This document shows, piece by piece, positions 35,707-46,583 of a stretch of DNA of 64,000 nt; the stretch's first letter is position 1, and every line of letters begins with the position of its first letter. The stretch is from positions 27,651-91,650 of the forward strand of contig CAMTJU010000002.1 of NCBI GenBank assembly GCA_947073045.1, given 5' to 3'. Origin of the DNA: an uncultured Clostridia bacterium. Its GTDB lineage: Bacteria; Bacillota; Clostridia; Lachnospirales; CAMVHY01. Position numbers and translations under genes: made by a program. A model generated the notes under the pieces. It made no database searches and was not told the origin of the DNA. It saw nothing but the letters and a program-made list of their open reading frames with translations.

Positions 35707-36984
35707 GTGGATTCAGACAGTTATTCCAAATTTATTATATTGTTGCTGTTTTTGGTACTTTCGTCATTTTTTTCAGCTTCCGAGACTGCTTTTCTTTCTA
35801 TTAATAAATTGCATTTGCGTAATATGGTTGATAATGGCGTTAAAAATGCTGAGCGTGTAAAAAAAATTTCTGACTCGCCTCAAAAATTATTGAGTACAAT
35901 TTTGATTGGCAATAATCTTGTTAATATCGCAGCTTCTGCAATTGCAACTTCTATTGCTATAAAATTAAGCGGCAATAATGGCACAGTCTTAGCATTATGT
36001 ACCGCATTGATTACTTTTTTGATTTTGGTGTTTTCAGAAATTACGCCAAAACATATTGCAACTGTGCATCCTGAAAAAATTGCATTAGGTGTTGTAGCTC
36101 CGCTCTCAATTTGCTCATGGTTCCTAACACCTGTTGTATTTGTACTTAATTGGATTACAAATGGCATAATTTTTTTATTGGGTGGGAAAAGTGATGTGAA
36201 ACATCCTGTTATTACTGAATCGGATTTGAAAACAATTGTAGATGTCAGTCATGAAGAAGGAGTTTTGGAAGTTGATGAACGCGAAATGATTAACAATGTT
36301 TTTGAATTCGGTAATTCAGAAGCTAAAGATGTTATGATTCCGCGCACAGATGTTATTGCTATTGATATAGATACGCCATATGACGAAATTATGGAAATTT
36401 TTAAAAGTGAGGGATTTTCTAGAATTCCGGTTTATCGCGAAAACATTGATGACATAATTGGGATATTGCACCTTAAAGATTTTATGTTTAATGTCAATAA
36501 AGATAACTTTGATTTAGAAAAATGTGTGCGTGTACCATTTTTTACCTATGAATACAAACCAACGCGTGAATTATTTACTTTAATGCGTGTCAAAAGAATT
36601 CCTATGGCTATAATTTTAGATGAATACGGCGGAACAGTTGGTATTATTACTATGGAGGACTTAGTTGAAGAAATTGTTGGTGATATTGCGGATGAGTATG
36701 ACGAATTGGAAAATCAGATTGAAAATATAAAAGAGAATGAATATGTTGTTGACGGCAGTACAAAAATTGATGATGTAAATGAGGAACTTAATATAAATTT
36801 AGAATCGGAGGATTTTGATTCAATTGGAGGATATTTAATAGGGATTATGGGATATTTTCCAAAAGGTAAAGAAGTTATAGAGACAGACGGTATAAAATTT
36901 ATAATTGAAGAAGTAGACAAGAACCGAATAGAAAAAATTCGTATTCAAATTAAAAAAAATGAAAACAAAAAAACGCCTGATTAA
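35707..36984 (+). CDS. CNNM/HlyC-CorC family transporter (DUF21-CBS pair-CorC_HlyC)
   Basis: DUF21 membrane domain (SASETAFLS), CBS pair, C-terminal CorC_HlyC domain. GTG 35707 lies 7 nt after AAGGAG; the track's 59 upstream codons have no family counterpart and run through repeat DNA. Confidence 0.85.
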   Translation: MDSDSYSKFIILLLFLVLSSFFSASETAFLSINKLHLRNMVDNGVKNAERVKKISDSPQKLLSTILIGNNLVNIAASAIATSIAIKLSGNNGTVLALCTALITFLILVFSEITPKHIATVHPEKIALGVVAPLSICSWFLTPVVFVLNWITNGIIFLLGGKSDVKHPVITESDLKTIVDVSHEEGVLEVDEREMINNVFEFGNSEAKDVMIPRTDVIAIDIDTPYDEIMEIFKSEGFSRIPVYRENIDDIIGILHLKDFMFNVNKDNFDLEKCVRVPFFTYEYKPTRELFTLMRVKRIPMAIILDEYGGTVGIITMEDLVEEIVGDIADEYDELENQIENIKENEYVVDGSTKIDDVNEELNINLESEDFDSIGGYLIGIMGYFPKGKEVIETDGIKFIIEEVDKNRIEKIRIQIKKNENKKTPD

Positions 36985-36998
36985 TGGCGTTTTTTTTT
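36966..36998 (+). terminator. Rho-independent terminator of the CNNM gene
   Basis: AACGCC-TGATTAAT-GGCGTT stem-loop followed by T9. Confidence 0.7.
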
Positions 36999-37032
36999 AT
37001 TCTTGAAAAAATTTTTTTCTCACGGCATATAA

Positions 37033-39468
37033 TTAATTTTTAAAAGTTATTTCATCATTTTCATAATCAATTATTACTTTTTTGCTTTTATCAATTTTAT
37101 TTTCTAGAAGTTTTTCCGCGAATGAATCCTCTATTTTTGTTTGAATAGTTCTTCTAAGCGGACGTGCTCCATAATTTTGATCAAAACCTGTTTGTGCAAT
37201 ATATTCTACTAATGCATCTGTAAATTCAAAATTAATTTCCATGTTATCCTTAACGCGCTCTTGGACCTCATTAAGCATAAGTCTTGTAATCTTTTTTGCG
37301 TCTTCCAATTCTATAGGATGGAAAACAATAATCTCATCTATTCTGTTTAAAAATTCCGGTCTAAATAATTCTCTTACTTCACTTAAAACATTCTTTTTCA
37401 TATCTTCAAAGGATTTTTGAGAATCTGCATTCGTCATAAATCCTAACTTTTTTGTTGAAACAATGCTATGTGCTCCAACATTTGATGTCATTATTATAAC
37501 TGTGTTCTTAAAATCAATTATTCGACCCTGAGAATCCGTAACTCGTCCATCATCTAGTATTTGCAATAAAATATTAAAAATATCAGGATGTGCCTTTTCT
37601 ATTTCATCAAACAAGACTACTGAATAAGGTTTACGGCGGACTTTTTCGGTAAGTTGTCCACCTTCATCGTATCCAACATAACCTGGAGGCGCACCGATTA
37701 ATTTTGCTACATTATGTTTTTCCATGTACTCAGACATATCGATACGTATCATTGCATTTTCGTCGCCAAACAAAACTTCTGACAATGCACGAGTTAGCTC
37801 TGTTTTTCCAACACCTGTTGGACCCAAAAACAAAAATGAACCAATAGGACGTTTAGGATTTTTCAAACCAACACGGCCTCTACGAATAGCTTTACTTATT
37901 GCGCTAACAGCTTCATTTTGACCAATAACTCTTTTGTGCAGTATGTTTTCAATATTCATTAAACGTTCAGTTTCATCTTGACGTAACTGCCGAACATTAA
38001 TACCGGTCCAGTCTGCAACTACTTTTGCAATTTCTTCTTCATCAACAACATGCTGAGATTTATTATTTTCGTCGTGCCAATTTTTTTTCTGTTCATCAAG
38101 TTTATTTTTGATTTCAATTTGTTTTTTCTTTATTTCGCCAGCTTTTTCAAAATCCTCTGATTTAATTGCGGATTCTTTTTCTTTTTCCAATTCACTCAAT
38201 TGAGTCTCTAATTCTTTCATGTTGTTAGGTAGTGTGCAAGTTTGCAGACGAACATGTGAAGCAGCCTCATCAATTAAATCAATAGCTTTATCTGGTAAAA
38301 ATCTATCTGTTATATAACGAATTGATAATTTAACAGCGGCCTCTATTGCTTTATCTGTTATTTTGGCGTTATGGTGCGCCTCGTATTTATCGCGCAAGCC
38401 ATAAAGCATTTTGATTGCGTCTTGTTCTGTTGGTTCCTCAATTTTAACCGATTGAAATCTTCTTGCAAGTGCTGCATCTTTTTCTATATGCTTTCTATAT
38501 TCAGTCAAGGTAGTAGCGCCAATTATTTGTAAATCACCACGTGCAAGCGATGGTTTCAAAATATTAGCTGTATCAATTGCACCTTCTGCACCACCAGCTC
38601 CGATTATAGTATGAATTTCGTCAATGAATAAAATTACATTGCCTGCTTTTTTCACTTCATTAATTGCATTTTTGATACGTTCTTCAAATTCACCACGATA
38701 TTTACTTCCTGCTATCATGGAAGATAAATCAAGTGAAACTACTCGTTTGTCTTTCAAAATTTCTGGGACATCGCCTTCTGCAATTTTTTGAGCAAGATAT
38801 TCCACAATGGCAGTTTTTCCTACACCAGGGTCACCTACTAAACATGGATTATTTTTTGTGCGGCGGCTTAAAATTTGTACTACGCGCTGCATTTCATTAT
38901 CTCTACCAATTATGGGATCAAATCCGTGTTGACTTGCCAGGAATGTTAAATCCTTGCTGAATTTATCTAATGTCGGCGTATTTGATTTTACATTGCGTTT
39001 CTTAGCGTTTGCCGAAGGCACGTTTGTATTTTGCTCAGTTATCATAGCAATTATATCATCATATAATCTTTTTGGATCAATATTAAACATAGACAAAATT
39101 TTTACGGCAATACTGTCGTGTTCATTTAAAATTGCCAATAAAATATGCTCAGTTCCAACATAATTTATTCCTAATTTCAAAGCTTCATGCATACTCATTT
39201 CTATAATACGTTTTGTGCGTGGAGTTAATTCTTCTGGTTTGAAATTCAAAGGTTCATCTGCACCCATTAGGTCTATTATTTTTTCTTCTATATCGTATTC
39301 ATTTATGTTTTGACTTGACAAAACTCTTGCCGCTATACAATCTGGAACTCTAAGCAATCCAACTAATATGTGTTCAGTTCCGACATAATTGTGGCCAAGT
39401 TCCATTGCGGCAATTTTTGCATTTTCAATAGCATTTCTTGCTTTTTCAGTAAATAATTTATCAAGCAT
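37033..39468 (-). CDS. clpC: ATP-dependent Clp protease ATP-binding subunit ClpC
   Basis: Double Clp_N repeat, two AAA+ modules ([16 protein letters not shown]), UVR-like linker; AAGGAGG SD. Confidence 0.95.
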   Translation of the reverse strand: MLDKLFTEKARNAIENAKIAAMELGHNYVGTEHILVGLLRVPDCIAARVLSSQNINEYDIEEKIIDLMGADEPLNFKPEELTPRTKRIIEMSMHEALKLGINYVGTEHILLAILNEHDSIAVKILSMFNIDPKRLYDDIIAMITEQNTNVPSANAKKRNVKSNTPTLDKFSKDLTFLASQHGFDPIIGRDNEMQRVVQILSRRTKNNPCLVGDPGVGKTAIVEYLAQKIAEGDVPEILKDKRVVSLDLSSMIAGSKYRGEFEERIKNAINEVKKAGNVILFIDEIHTIIGAGGAEGAIDTANILKPSLARGDLQIIGATTLTEYRKHIEKDAALARRFQSVKIEEPTEQDAIKMLYGLRDKYEAHHNAKITDKAIEAAVKLSIRYITDRFLPDKAIDLIDEAASHVRLQTCTLPNNMKELETQLSELEKEKESAIKSEDFEKAGEIKKKQIEIKNKLDEQKKNWHDENNKSQHVVDEEEIAKVVADWTGINVRQLRQDETERLMNIENILHKRVIGQNEAVSAISKAIRRGRVGLKNPKRPIGSFLFLGPTGVGKTELTRALSEVLFGDENAMIRIDMSEYMEKHNVAKLIGAPPGYVGYDEGGQLTEKVRRKPYSVVLFDEIEKAHPDIFNILLQILDDGRVTDSQGRIIDFKNTVIIMTSNVGAHSIVSTKKLGFMTNADSQKSFEDMKKNVLSEVRELFRPEFLNRIDEIIVFHPIELEDAKKITRLMLNEVQERVKDNMEINFEFTDALVEYIAQTGFDQNYGARPLRRTIQTKIEDSFAEKLLENKIDKSKKVIIDYENDEITFKN

Positions 39469-39480
39469 AAAAAAACCTCC

Positions 39481-40491
39481 TTACAACATTTTTTTTATAT
39501 AATCAGCACGCGCTTCATTCATTTGTGTTTCATCCAATCTGCGCCCGTAATTTTTTTGTAGAAGGCCAGGCTGTATATTCATCATTATTTTATATATATT
39601 AAATTTAAATTTTGGGACATCAAGGCCCATGCAATATCCAAGGCGCACGTCAGAAAGCAAAGACATTGCTTCAAGTGTGTTGATTATTTTACAGTTGGAA
39701 AGTATACCGAAAGATCTAAAAATTTTATCTTCCATTTCCAATTTTTTTTCTTTGAGAGCATTTTCACGCAATTTAATTTCTTGATCTATTATCTGTTGCG
39801 TAACATTGCGCAAATTTTTTATTATATCTTGTTCTGATTTTCCAAGTGTAATTTGATTAGAAATCTGATAAATACTTCCCATGGGCTGTGTGCCTTCGCC
39901 ATGCAATCCTCTCACGGTCATTCCAAATTTACTTATAATCTGGATTAAATTTTTAAGCTGAGAAGTTTTTTCAAGCATTGGCAAATGCAGCATAAAAGAA
40001 GCACGCAATCCAGTACCTACATTTGTAGGGCACGAAGTAAGATATCCAAAATCATTATCAAAAGCATAATCTAATTTTTCAGACAAAATATCATCAATAT
40101 TGTCGGAAAGCTCAAAAGCTTTATAAATATTATCACCGGGGCATATAGATTGTATTCTTATATGATCTTCTTCATTTATCATAATACTTAATGATTCATT
40201 TTTGTTAATTAAAAAGCCACGCGGATTTTTATCTTGAAGAAAATATTGACTTATATTATGCTGTTCAAAATTAGCAAGTTGTTCTATATTCGAAATGTCG
40301 TCAATATTTATAAATCTGAATTCATCTGGAGCTGATTTAATTGCATTTAATGTTTTGTCTATAATTTCGTGGACATGACTTTGGTCTAAAACAATTGAGA
40401 ATGGGTATTCACTTAGATTGCGTGCAAGACGTAGTCTTGATGAAATAAATATTGAATAATCCAAATTCGAGTCATCATACCATTTATCCAT
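39481..40491 (-). CDS. mcsB: Protein arginine kinase McsB
   Basis: Phosphagen-kinase-like core (NEEDHIRIQ, CPTNVGTGLRAS); position between mcsA and clpC. Confidence 0.9.
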   Translation of the reverse strand: MDKWYDDSNLDYSIFISSRLRLARNLSEYPFSIVLDQSHVHEIIDKTLNAIKSAPDEFRFINIDDISNIEQLANFEQHNISQYFLQDKNPRGFLINKNESLSIMINEEDHIRIQSICPGDNIYKAFELSDNIDDILSEKLDYAFDNDFGYLTSCPTNVGTGLRASFMLHLPMLEKTSQLKNLIQIISKFGMTVRGLHGEGTQPMGSIYQISNQITLGKSEQDIIKNLRNVTQQIIDQEIKLRENALKEKKLEMEDKIFRSFGILSNCKIINTLEAMSLLSDVRLGYCMGLDVPKFKFNIYKIMMNIQPGLLQKNYGRRLDETQMNEARADYIKKML

Positions 40492-40996
40492 TAATATTGT
40501 TCTCTCCTTTTAATTTTTTTATTTCATCACGTATTCTTGCAGCTTCTTCATATTCTTCTATTTCTATAGCATTTTTAAGTTTTATTTTCAAATTTTCAAT
40601 TTCAGATTCATGTAATTTTAAACTAAATTTTTTCGGTATTTTGCCATTGTGTTTTGTACTGCCCTGAATATTTTTCAATACTGACAATAACTCAGTTTTA
40701 AAAGTTTTATAGCATTCATCACAGCCAAGTTTACCTGTATTTTTAAAATCATCGTAGGTAAACCCGCACTTTTTGCATTTAAGTTTTTCAATAACATTAT
40801 TTTGTTGAGCAAAACTAGATTTTTGATCATAAGTTAAAAATGTATCGAGAAAGCCCTGAAATAATTTTTCAAATGAAATTCCAGCATCAATTTGTTTTGC
40901 ACATTGACTACATAAATGATATTCTTGCTCTTGACCATTTACTATACGGTGTAAAAAAACAGTTGCCTGATTTACGTTGCAATTTTGACATAACAT
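40484..40996 (-). CDS. mcsA: McsA (zinc-finger and UVR-domain activator of McsB)
   Basis: CxxC pairs (CQNCN, CSQC, CKKCG, CDEC) and UVR motif IEEYEEAARIRDEIKKLK. The track GTG start lies inside GAGGGTGA; ATG 40996 preferred. Confidence 0.85.
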   Translation of the reverse strand: MLCQNCNVNQATVFLHRIVNGQEQEYHLCSQCAKQIDAGISFEKLFQGFLDTFLTYDQKSSFAQQNNVIEKLKCKKCGFTYDDFKNTGKLGCDECYKTFKTELLSVLKNIQGSTKHNGKIPKKFSLKLHESEIENLKIKLKNAIEIEEYEEAARIRDEIKKLKGENNING

Positions 40997-41181
40997 AACG
41001 ATCACCCTCTTAAATTATATAGTACGAGATATAAAAAATCAAACGCGAAGGAAAACAAAAGGCACTTTCAAAATCACATTTATTCACACATTTTTAGACA
41101 AAAAAAATAACCCTCATTATTAAACTTTTTGTCTAACAATTCAGGTTTACTTTGATAAAAGATAAAATTATAAGCTTTAAA

Positions 41182-41409
41182 TTAATCAATAATAAATGGA
41201 AGCAATGCGATATGTCTTGCACGTTTAATAGCATTTGTGACAACTCTTTGGTGTTTAGCGCAAGTTCCAGTAACTCTGCGAGGCAAAATTTTTCCACGTT
41301 CAGAAATAAATTTACGCATTTTTGCAACATCCTTATAATCTAGAACATCTATTTTGTCAACACAAAATGTACAAACTTTTCTTTTTCTCATACGTCTTTT
41401 TTGAATCAA
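41182..41409 (-). CDS. rpsR: 30S ribosomal protein S18
   Basis: KVCTFC...[30 protein letters not shown] signature. Start uncertain: TTG 41409 lies 8 nt after AAAGGAG; the track GTG 41418 overlaps the SD. Confidence 0.9.
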   Translation of the reverse strand: MIQKRRMRKRKVCTFCVDKIDVLDYKDVAKMRKFISERGKILPRRVTGTCAKHQRVVTNAIKRARHIALLPFIID

Positions 41410-41424
41410 ATTATTCACTCCTTT

Positions 41425-41886
41425 CTAAAATGGCAAATCGTCGTCATCTAAATCATCCATTAATGCTGAAACATCTGCATCGCTAGAATTGTTAGATGTA
41501 CTCGAGGAATTTGACGTATTTACATTAGACTGATTAGATTCAGTTTTCATTCTTGCTTCAAAAGAACTCTTGCTTTCGGCAAAATCTTGTTCTTCAACAA
41601 TAACTTCAGTAACCCAATGTTTTTGACCAGTTTGGTCATCATAATTTCTAACTTGAATTCTGCCGGATATACAAATCATAAGCCCTTTTTTCAAAAATTT
41701 TTCTGCAAATTCACCTTGTTTGCCAAATGCAACACAATTAATAAAATCTGCATCGGGTTCTCCATCACGTTTAAAACGCCTGTTGACAGCCAATGAATAT
41801 CTTGCAATGGCAACGGGTGTTTCACTTTGGGAACACCTAATTTCGGGGTCACGAGTCAATCTTCCCATCAATATAACTTTATTCAT
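41425..41886 (-). CDS. ssb: Single-stranded DNA-binding protein
   Basis: OB-fold start MNKVILMGRLTRDPE and acidic tail DDDDLPF. Confidence 0.95.
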   Translation of the reverse strand: MNKVILMGRLTRDPEIRCSQSETPVAIARYSLAVNRRFKRDGEPDADFINCVAFGKQGEFAEKFLKKGLMICISGRIQVRNYDDQTGQKHWVTEVIVEEQDFAESKSSFEARMKTESNQSNVNTSNSSSTSNNSSDADVSALMDDLDDDDLPF

Positions 41887-41895
41887 AATAGCCTC

Positions 41896-42183
41896 CTAAT
41901 TTTCCTGGCGGACAATTAAATATCTAAGTACATTTTCCATTATGCGCAATTTAGCTTCAAGATCAGATGGAACATTAGGACTTGCAGTAAAAATGATGAA
42001 GTTATAAAAACCTTCATTAAATTTTTGAATTTCGTAAGCCAATCTTTTTTTGCCCCATTGATCAATTTTTTCAATAGTAGCGCCAGATTTTTCAACTAAA
42101 TCTTTAAGCTTATCGAATTCATTATTAAAATCATCCTCTGATAAATTTGGTTTGAAAACAACCGTCAATTCATATTTATTCAT
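41896..42183 (-). CDS. rpsF: 30S ribosomal protein S6
   Basis: MNKYELTVVFKPNL start; canonical rpsF-ssb-rpsR order. Confidence 0.95.
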   Translation of the reverse strand: MNKYELTVVFKPNLSEDDFNNEFDKLKDLVEKSGATIEKIDQWGKKRLAYEIQKFNEGFYNFIIFTASPNVPSDLEAKLRIMENVLRYLIVRQEN

Positions 42184-42238
42184 TTTAACACCTCCTTATG
42201 GATAAAAGCCCATACAAAATGAGCAAGGGTCACGATTA

Positions 42239-42266
42239 ATTATAACATATTTTATTGTGTATGCAA
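42239..42266 (-). promoter_or_regulatory. Candidate extended -10 promoter of rpsF-ssb-rpsR
   Basis: Minus strand: TTGCAT (42261-42266), 16-nt spacer ending in TGT, TATAAT (42239-42244). Confidence 0.45.
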
Positions 42267-42275
42267 TAAAGACAT

Positions 42276-42304
42276 AAAAAAAATCTGAAAACAAATTCAG
42301 ATTT
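42276..42304 (-). terminator. Terminator of the 106-aa gene
   Basis: AAATCTGAA-AACAAA-TTCAGATTT stem-loop with a T-run on the minus strand; the stop codon lies in the stem. Confidence 0.6.
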
Positions 42305-42617
42305 CTTTATTTATTTTATAATTTTTTTTAATTGACTTGGATGGTCTGTGTTGATGTTGCAATTTTTTTCTTAGTTTTTTTGCAAGTGTTTTATTATTTA
42401 GTTCTATTATACGTAGTTTTATTTTTTTTAGTCTAGAGCTTATTTCGTAAACCTTTTTGAATTCATTTTTGGTTTCATTTTCTTTAACATTTTCTTCATT
42501 GTAGAAATTATCAGCGGCAATTTCTCTGTTCTCATTTGTATCAGCTAAAGCGCCGCTTGAATCATATTGACGTGATTTATCAAAAACTGCTTTTTTGCAC
42601 TTTGATAAAATTTTCAT
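42297..42617 (-). CDS. Hypothetical Lys/Asn-rich 106-aa protein
   Basis: Strong SD (GGGAGGAA) 6 nt upstream of the ATG and its own terminator; no family recognised; low-complexity, basic C-terminal half. Confidence 0.4.
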   Translation of the reverse strand: MKILSKCKKAVFDKSRQYDSSGALADTNENREIAADNFYNEENVKENETKNEFKKVYEISSRLKKIKLRIIELNNKTLAKKLRKKLQHQHRPSKSIKKNYKINKEI

Positions 42618-42762
42618 ACAAATTCCTCCCGATTGAATTAATTAATTTTATTATAACAAATTGCAATTAGATTTTTATAAACTTTTTTTATAAAAAAACA
42701 TTTATTGAATGAATTAAGCACAATTGTAATAACAAAAATAGTTTTATGAAAACAAAGCAAAC

Positions 42763-42793
42763 AAAAAAAATCTCAAGATTTACTTGAGATTTT
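42763..42793 (-). terminator. Rho-independent terminator of pgi
   Basis: ATCTCAAG-ATTTA-CTTGAGAT stem-loop with a T-run on the minus strand. Same 8-bp stem as at 4565 and 25871. Confidence 0.7.
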
Positions 42794-42825
42794 CTTATCT
42801 AAATTTATTTGCTTAATATTTTTTT

Positions 42826-44268
42826 TTAAAGGTAATAATTAGGATTTTTTTTTGGAGCATTATCTAATTCATTTTTTTTGTCTTCATAACCTGGTTTGCC
42901 AAACATTGCATAGGTTGCATTTTTAGCTTCTTCTACGCCTGGCTGATTAAACGCGTTTATATTTAAAAGTTCGCCCGCAAACGCAGTTGCAACTTCTAGC
43001 ATATAAAATAATTGTCCCAATACAAATTCATTTACCTGCGGTAAAACTATTGTCATATTCATTCTATTTAATTTTGACAGAGCAAATTCAGTTGCTTCTT
43101 GCTCAACTTGTATTAATTGATTATGAGTAATACCGCCAAGAAAACTTAAAGATGGCATATCAGAAAAAATTTTCGGAACAGAAATTGTTTTTCTGTAATT
43201 TTCGACTCTTATAAAAGTAATTATTTTATCGTACGGACCTTCATTATACAGTTGTACCTGGGAATGCTGATCTGTAACACCTAAAGCTTTAACAGGAGTT
43301 TGCCCAACATTTACAGTTCTATTTTCATTATCAACAGCTTTACCTAATGATTCAGCCCAAAGTTGTGCATACCAATCGGAAATAAATTTCAATGAATCAG
43401 CATATGGCATCATAACAGAAATATTTTTTCCACTTTGCATTGCTAAATAATTAATAACGGCAAACTTAACAGCAATATTATTTTCAGGATCACTCGTACA
43501 GATTTTATCCATAAAAGCTGCACCTGCAAGAAGTTCCTTAATATTTATAGCACAAAAAGCTGCAGCAAGCAAGCCAACTGGAGTAAGCTGAGAAAATCTT
43601 CCGCCAACACCTGATGGAATATAAAAAGTTTTGTATCCCTCTAATTTTGCAATTTTTATTAAGTTACCATTTTCACTATCGGTTGTACAAACAATATGTT
43701 TTTTTGCGTGTTCTTTACCTAATCTTTTTTCAAGCATATCTTTAATAATCATAAACTGTGACATTGTTTCTGAAGTATTTCCTGATTTGGAAACCACATT
43801 AAATAAAGTTTTGTCTATATCGATAACGTCAAACAAATAAACCAAACGTTCTGGGTCAACATTGTCTGCTACATAAAATTTTGGATAATTTCGTTTTTCG
43901 CGTGGCAATTCATTATAATACGGATGATTTATTGCTTGCTGCAGGGCTATTGGACCAAGTGCGGAACCGCCAATTCCAAGCAAAACAAAACTTTCTATGT
44001 CATCTTTCATTTGCTTTACGTAATCCAAAATTTCATCAATAGGCTGATTATAAGGCAAATTGCGCCAATCCATTTTTCCATTATCACGTTTAACAGCTAA
44101 TTGATTTGCGCAATGCTTAATTTTTTCAGATAAATTTTCAAATTGTGATTGCTTTATGCCTTCTTTATCGCCAATGAAATCGACCATAACATTATTAAAA
44201 TCCAAATGGATGCGCATTTTCTCACACCAATTATTATCTTCAAATCTATTCAAAAATAATCCCTCCAA
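42826..44268 (-). CDS. pgi: Glucose-6-phosphate isomerase
   Basis: Gram-positive-type PGI (VLLGIGGSALGP, VSKSGNTSET, GGRFS). Start ambiguous: the track TTG 44268 overlaps GGAGGG; TTG 44253 or ATG 44217 (MRIHLDFNN) are more plausible. Confidence 0.9.
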   Translation of the reverse strand: MEGLFLNRFEDNNWCEKMRIHLDFNNVMVDFIGDKEGIKQSQFENLSEKIKHCANQLAVKRDNGKMDWRNLPYNQPIDEILDYVKQMKDDIESFVLLGIGGSALGPIALQQAINHPYYNELPREKRNYPKFYVADNVDPERLVYLFDVIDIDKTLFNVVSKSGNTSETMSQFMIIKDMLEKRLGKEHAKKHIVCTTDSENGNLIKIAKLEGYKTFYIPSGVGGRFSQLTPVGLLAAAFCAINIKELLAGAAFMDKICTSDPENNIAVKFAVINYLAMQSGKNISVMMPYADSLKFISDWYAQLWAESLGKAVDNENRTVNVGQTPVKALGVTDQHSQVQLYNEGPYDKIITFIRVENYRKTISVPKIFSDMPSLSFLGGITHNQLIQVEQEATEFALSKLNRMNMTIVLPQVNEFVLGQLFYMLEVATAFAGELLNINAFNQPGVEEAKNATYAMFGKPGYEDKKNELDNAPKKNPNYYL

Positions 44269-44315
44269 CTTTTATCTTTAACAATAATTATGAATAAACA
44301 AGCAAGTAAAGTCAA

Positions 44316-44813
44316 TCAAATTTCTTTATTTTTACGTACAAAAAAATATTTATTGACAAGTGTTCCTATTATAACACCCAATGTAGTATCAATAAGCCGT
44401 ATAAATACGTATTGCTCAGTATTTTGTATACTGCTCTCAAAACTTGTCACAAGACACAAATAAACAATACTACAAATTGCAACTGAACGTTCCTTCTTAA
44501 AAAAAATACAAATATACATAGCCAAAAGCATTCCCAAAGGAATTATAAATACGTACAAAAATTCCTTATAGAACGGAATAAATTTGGCAGCTTCAAGAAC
44601 AATAAATCCAATTACGGAACCCGTAAATGTTCCCAAAAGTCGGTTTAGACCAAATTTCAAAGATTGTTCGGCAGTAGGCTGTATACATAATAAAGCTGTA
44701 ATTGAGTCATAAAATACAGTAGAGCTGCCAAAAATAAATTTAACCAAGAAACACAAAAAGACTGCAATTACAGATTTTATTACACGCAATCCTATTTTAT
44801 ATTCAAATTCCAT
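44316..44813 (-). CDS. FUSC/ArAE-like membrane protein (short, membrane domain only)
   Basis: IGLRVIKSVIAVFLCFLV start typical of aromatic-acid-exporter/FUSC N-domains; about 5 TM helices. Confidence 0.45.
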   Translation of the reverse strand: MEFEYKIGLRVIKSVIAVFLCFLVKFIFGSSTVFYDSITALLCIQPTAEQSLKFGLNRLLGTFTGSVIGFIVLEAAKFIPFYKEFLYVFIIPLGMLLAMYICIFFKKERSVAICSIVYLCLVTSFESSIQNTEQYVFIRLIDTTLGVIIGTLVNKYFFVRKNKEI

Positions 44814-45000
44814 TTTTCACTCTCTTTTATAAAAAATTACTGAGGCCAATTTTTTGTTTGCCTCAATAAATTTTATTATATCAGAAAAATTACTTAATCT
44901 TAATTTTTCAACCTCAAAAAAAATATATAAAATCTCCACAATCATAAAAAAAATAATCCATGAATAATCTTTTTTTATGAAGACAAAAGGAGATTGGGCA

Positions 45001-46581
45001 ATGAAAAATAATTCATTGATAAAGGGTGCTGCAATTTTAACTTTCGCAGGTTTAATTACAAGGCTTCTCGGATTTATTTATAGAATTTATATGACAAATG
45101 TAATGGGTTCGGAATGCATCGGCCTTTATCAATTAATTATGCCTGTTTACACTTTGGCATGGAGTATATCTTGCGCAGGTTTCACTACGACAATTTCAAA
45201 ACTTGTAGCTGCACAAAAAGCCCAAAAAAAATTTGGTGACATGCACCAAACTTTAAAACAATGTATTTTTATGAGTGTAGGCATTGGAATTTTTTTGAAC
45301 ATCATTTTATATTTTGGGGCACAAAAATTTTCATTGGCAATCTTTCATGATGAGCGCACTATTCTTTCATTAAAAATACTTGCATTTAGTTTTCCATTTA
45401 TGGCGGCAGGCTCATGCATACGTGGATATTTTTTAGGATTACAGCAATCAAGTATTCCTGCAATAAGCCAAGTTCTTGAGCAATTCATCCACATGGGTAC
45501 AATTTATTTTTTTATTGGCAAAATTAATCATCATATTGAATACACATGCGCGCTTGCCGTAGCGGGTATAATGCTGGGAGAATTATTTTCATTCATATAT
45601 GTTTATTTAGCATACAAAAATTTTGAGTGCAAACAAAAATCAATTGCGCCAACACTTAACTTTTTTTCCACATTTTCTTCAATAATATCAATGACAATTC
45701 CGTTAACTGCAAACAAAGTTACTGCATCTTTTTTAACTGCAATCGAAAATATTCTCATCCCACAAAGATTATTGCTAAACGGATTTTCTTTTGAAAGAGC
45801 AATAAGTATATATGGGCAAATAACAGGAATGGCAATGCCATTAATTTATTTTCCATCAGTTTTTTTAATGTCACTTTCAATTTCTTTGGTGCCTGAAGTT
45901 TCTCAGTCATATGCTACAAAAAATAATCGCCAAATTAATTACACGGTCTCAAAAACAATTTTGTTTACATCAATAATAGGAATGGGCAGTGCAATATTTT
46001 TTATCATGTTCCCAAAAGAAATTGGATTTTTTATTTATCATCAAGATATTTCGCAAATGTTAAGGCTTTTAGGATTTATGTGCCCTCTTTTGTATTTGCA
46101 AATTATTTTATCTGGTATATTAAATGGATTAGGGCATCAAATGTTTATTTTTAAAAATAATCTTCTCTCATCTTTCATCAATCTATTTTTTATTTATTTT
46201 ATTATTCCTTATCGCGGTATTAATGCTTTTATTATCGGCTGGTTTATCAGCTTAATTATTTCGTGCCTGCTAAATTTAAATATGATTACCAAAAGCATAA
46301 GTATTAATCTAAAATTTGACGAACTGATTCTTAAGCCAATACTTGCAATGTTAGCAACAGGTCTTGTTGTCAGATTAATTGCCACAAAATTTATCTTTGT
46401 ACATATGCCCAACATATTCGGTTTATTTATTTGCGCTGCAATTTTGGGAGCAACTTATCTATTTTTTATAATATCTGTCGGTTGTATTTCGTTTAATGAT
46501 TTTAAAAGCCTTGCTTTTACTTTTTCTTTGAAAAGAAAAAGTAAACAAAAAGAAACCAAATTTCTTTTTAAGAAAAAGTAA
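45001..46581 (+). CDS. spoVB: MOP-superfamily flippase, SpoVB-like
   Basis: LIKGAAILTFAGLITRLLGFIYRIYMTNVMGSECIGLYQLIMPVY matches the SpoVB/MurJ N-terminal pattern; ~14 TM helices. ATG 45001 follows AAAGGAG. The last ~22 codons are encoded by hairpin-repeat DNA. Confidence 0.7.
   Translation: MKNNSLIKGAAILTFAGLITRLLGFIYRIYMTNVMGSECIGLYQLIMPVYTLAWSISCAGFTTTISKLVAAQKAQKKFGDMHQTLKQCIFMSVGIGIFLNIILYFGAQKFSLAIFHDERTILSLKILAFSFPFMAAGSCIRGYFLGLQQSSIPAISQVLEQFIHMGTIYFFIGKINHHIEYTCALAVAGIMLGELFSFIYVYLAYKNFECKQKSIAPTLNFFSTFSSIISMTIPLTANKVTASFLTAIENILIPQRLLLNGFSFERAISIYGQITGMAMPLIYFPSVFLMSLSISLVPEVSQSYATKNNRQINYTVSKTILFTSIIGMGSAIFFIMFPKEIGFFIYHQDISQMLRLLGFMCPLLYLQIILSGILNGLGHQMFIFKNNLLSSFINLFFIYFIIPYRGINAFIIGWFISLIISCLLNLNMITKSISINLKFDELILKPILAMLATGLVVRLIATKFIFVHMPNIFGLFICAAILGATYLFFIISVGCISFNDFKSLAFTFSLKRKSKQKETKFLFKKK
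46516..46545. repeat. Hairpin repeat family member inside the 3' end of the spoVB-like ORF
   Basis: TTTACTTTTTCTTT / AAAGAAAAAGTAAA palindrome. Confidence 0.55.
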
Positions 46582-46583
46582 GC
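46562..46583. repeat. Partial repeat copy (..TTAAGAAAAAGTAAGC) containing the spoVB-like stop codon
   Basis: GAAAAAGTAAGC at 46572-46583; the TAA at 46579-46581 inside GTAAGC is the ORF stop. Confidence 0.5.

Noticed and set aside
41014-41042. TTGATT-17-TATAAT promoter-like sequence on the minus strand upstream of mcsA.
   Set aside because: The hexamers and spacing are good. The implied TSS (about 41007) would however fall inside the GAGGGTGA SD (41002-41009) and leave no functional leader. It is therefore not reported as a feature without TSS data.
42184-42240. Possible S6:S18-binding autoregulatory leader in the rpsF 5' UTR.
   Set aside because: I found only a 3-4 bp GGGC/ACCC pairing and could not reconstruct the conserved helix and CCG-type motif by eye. 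This needs an Rfam covariance-model scan.
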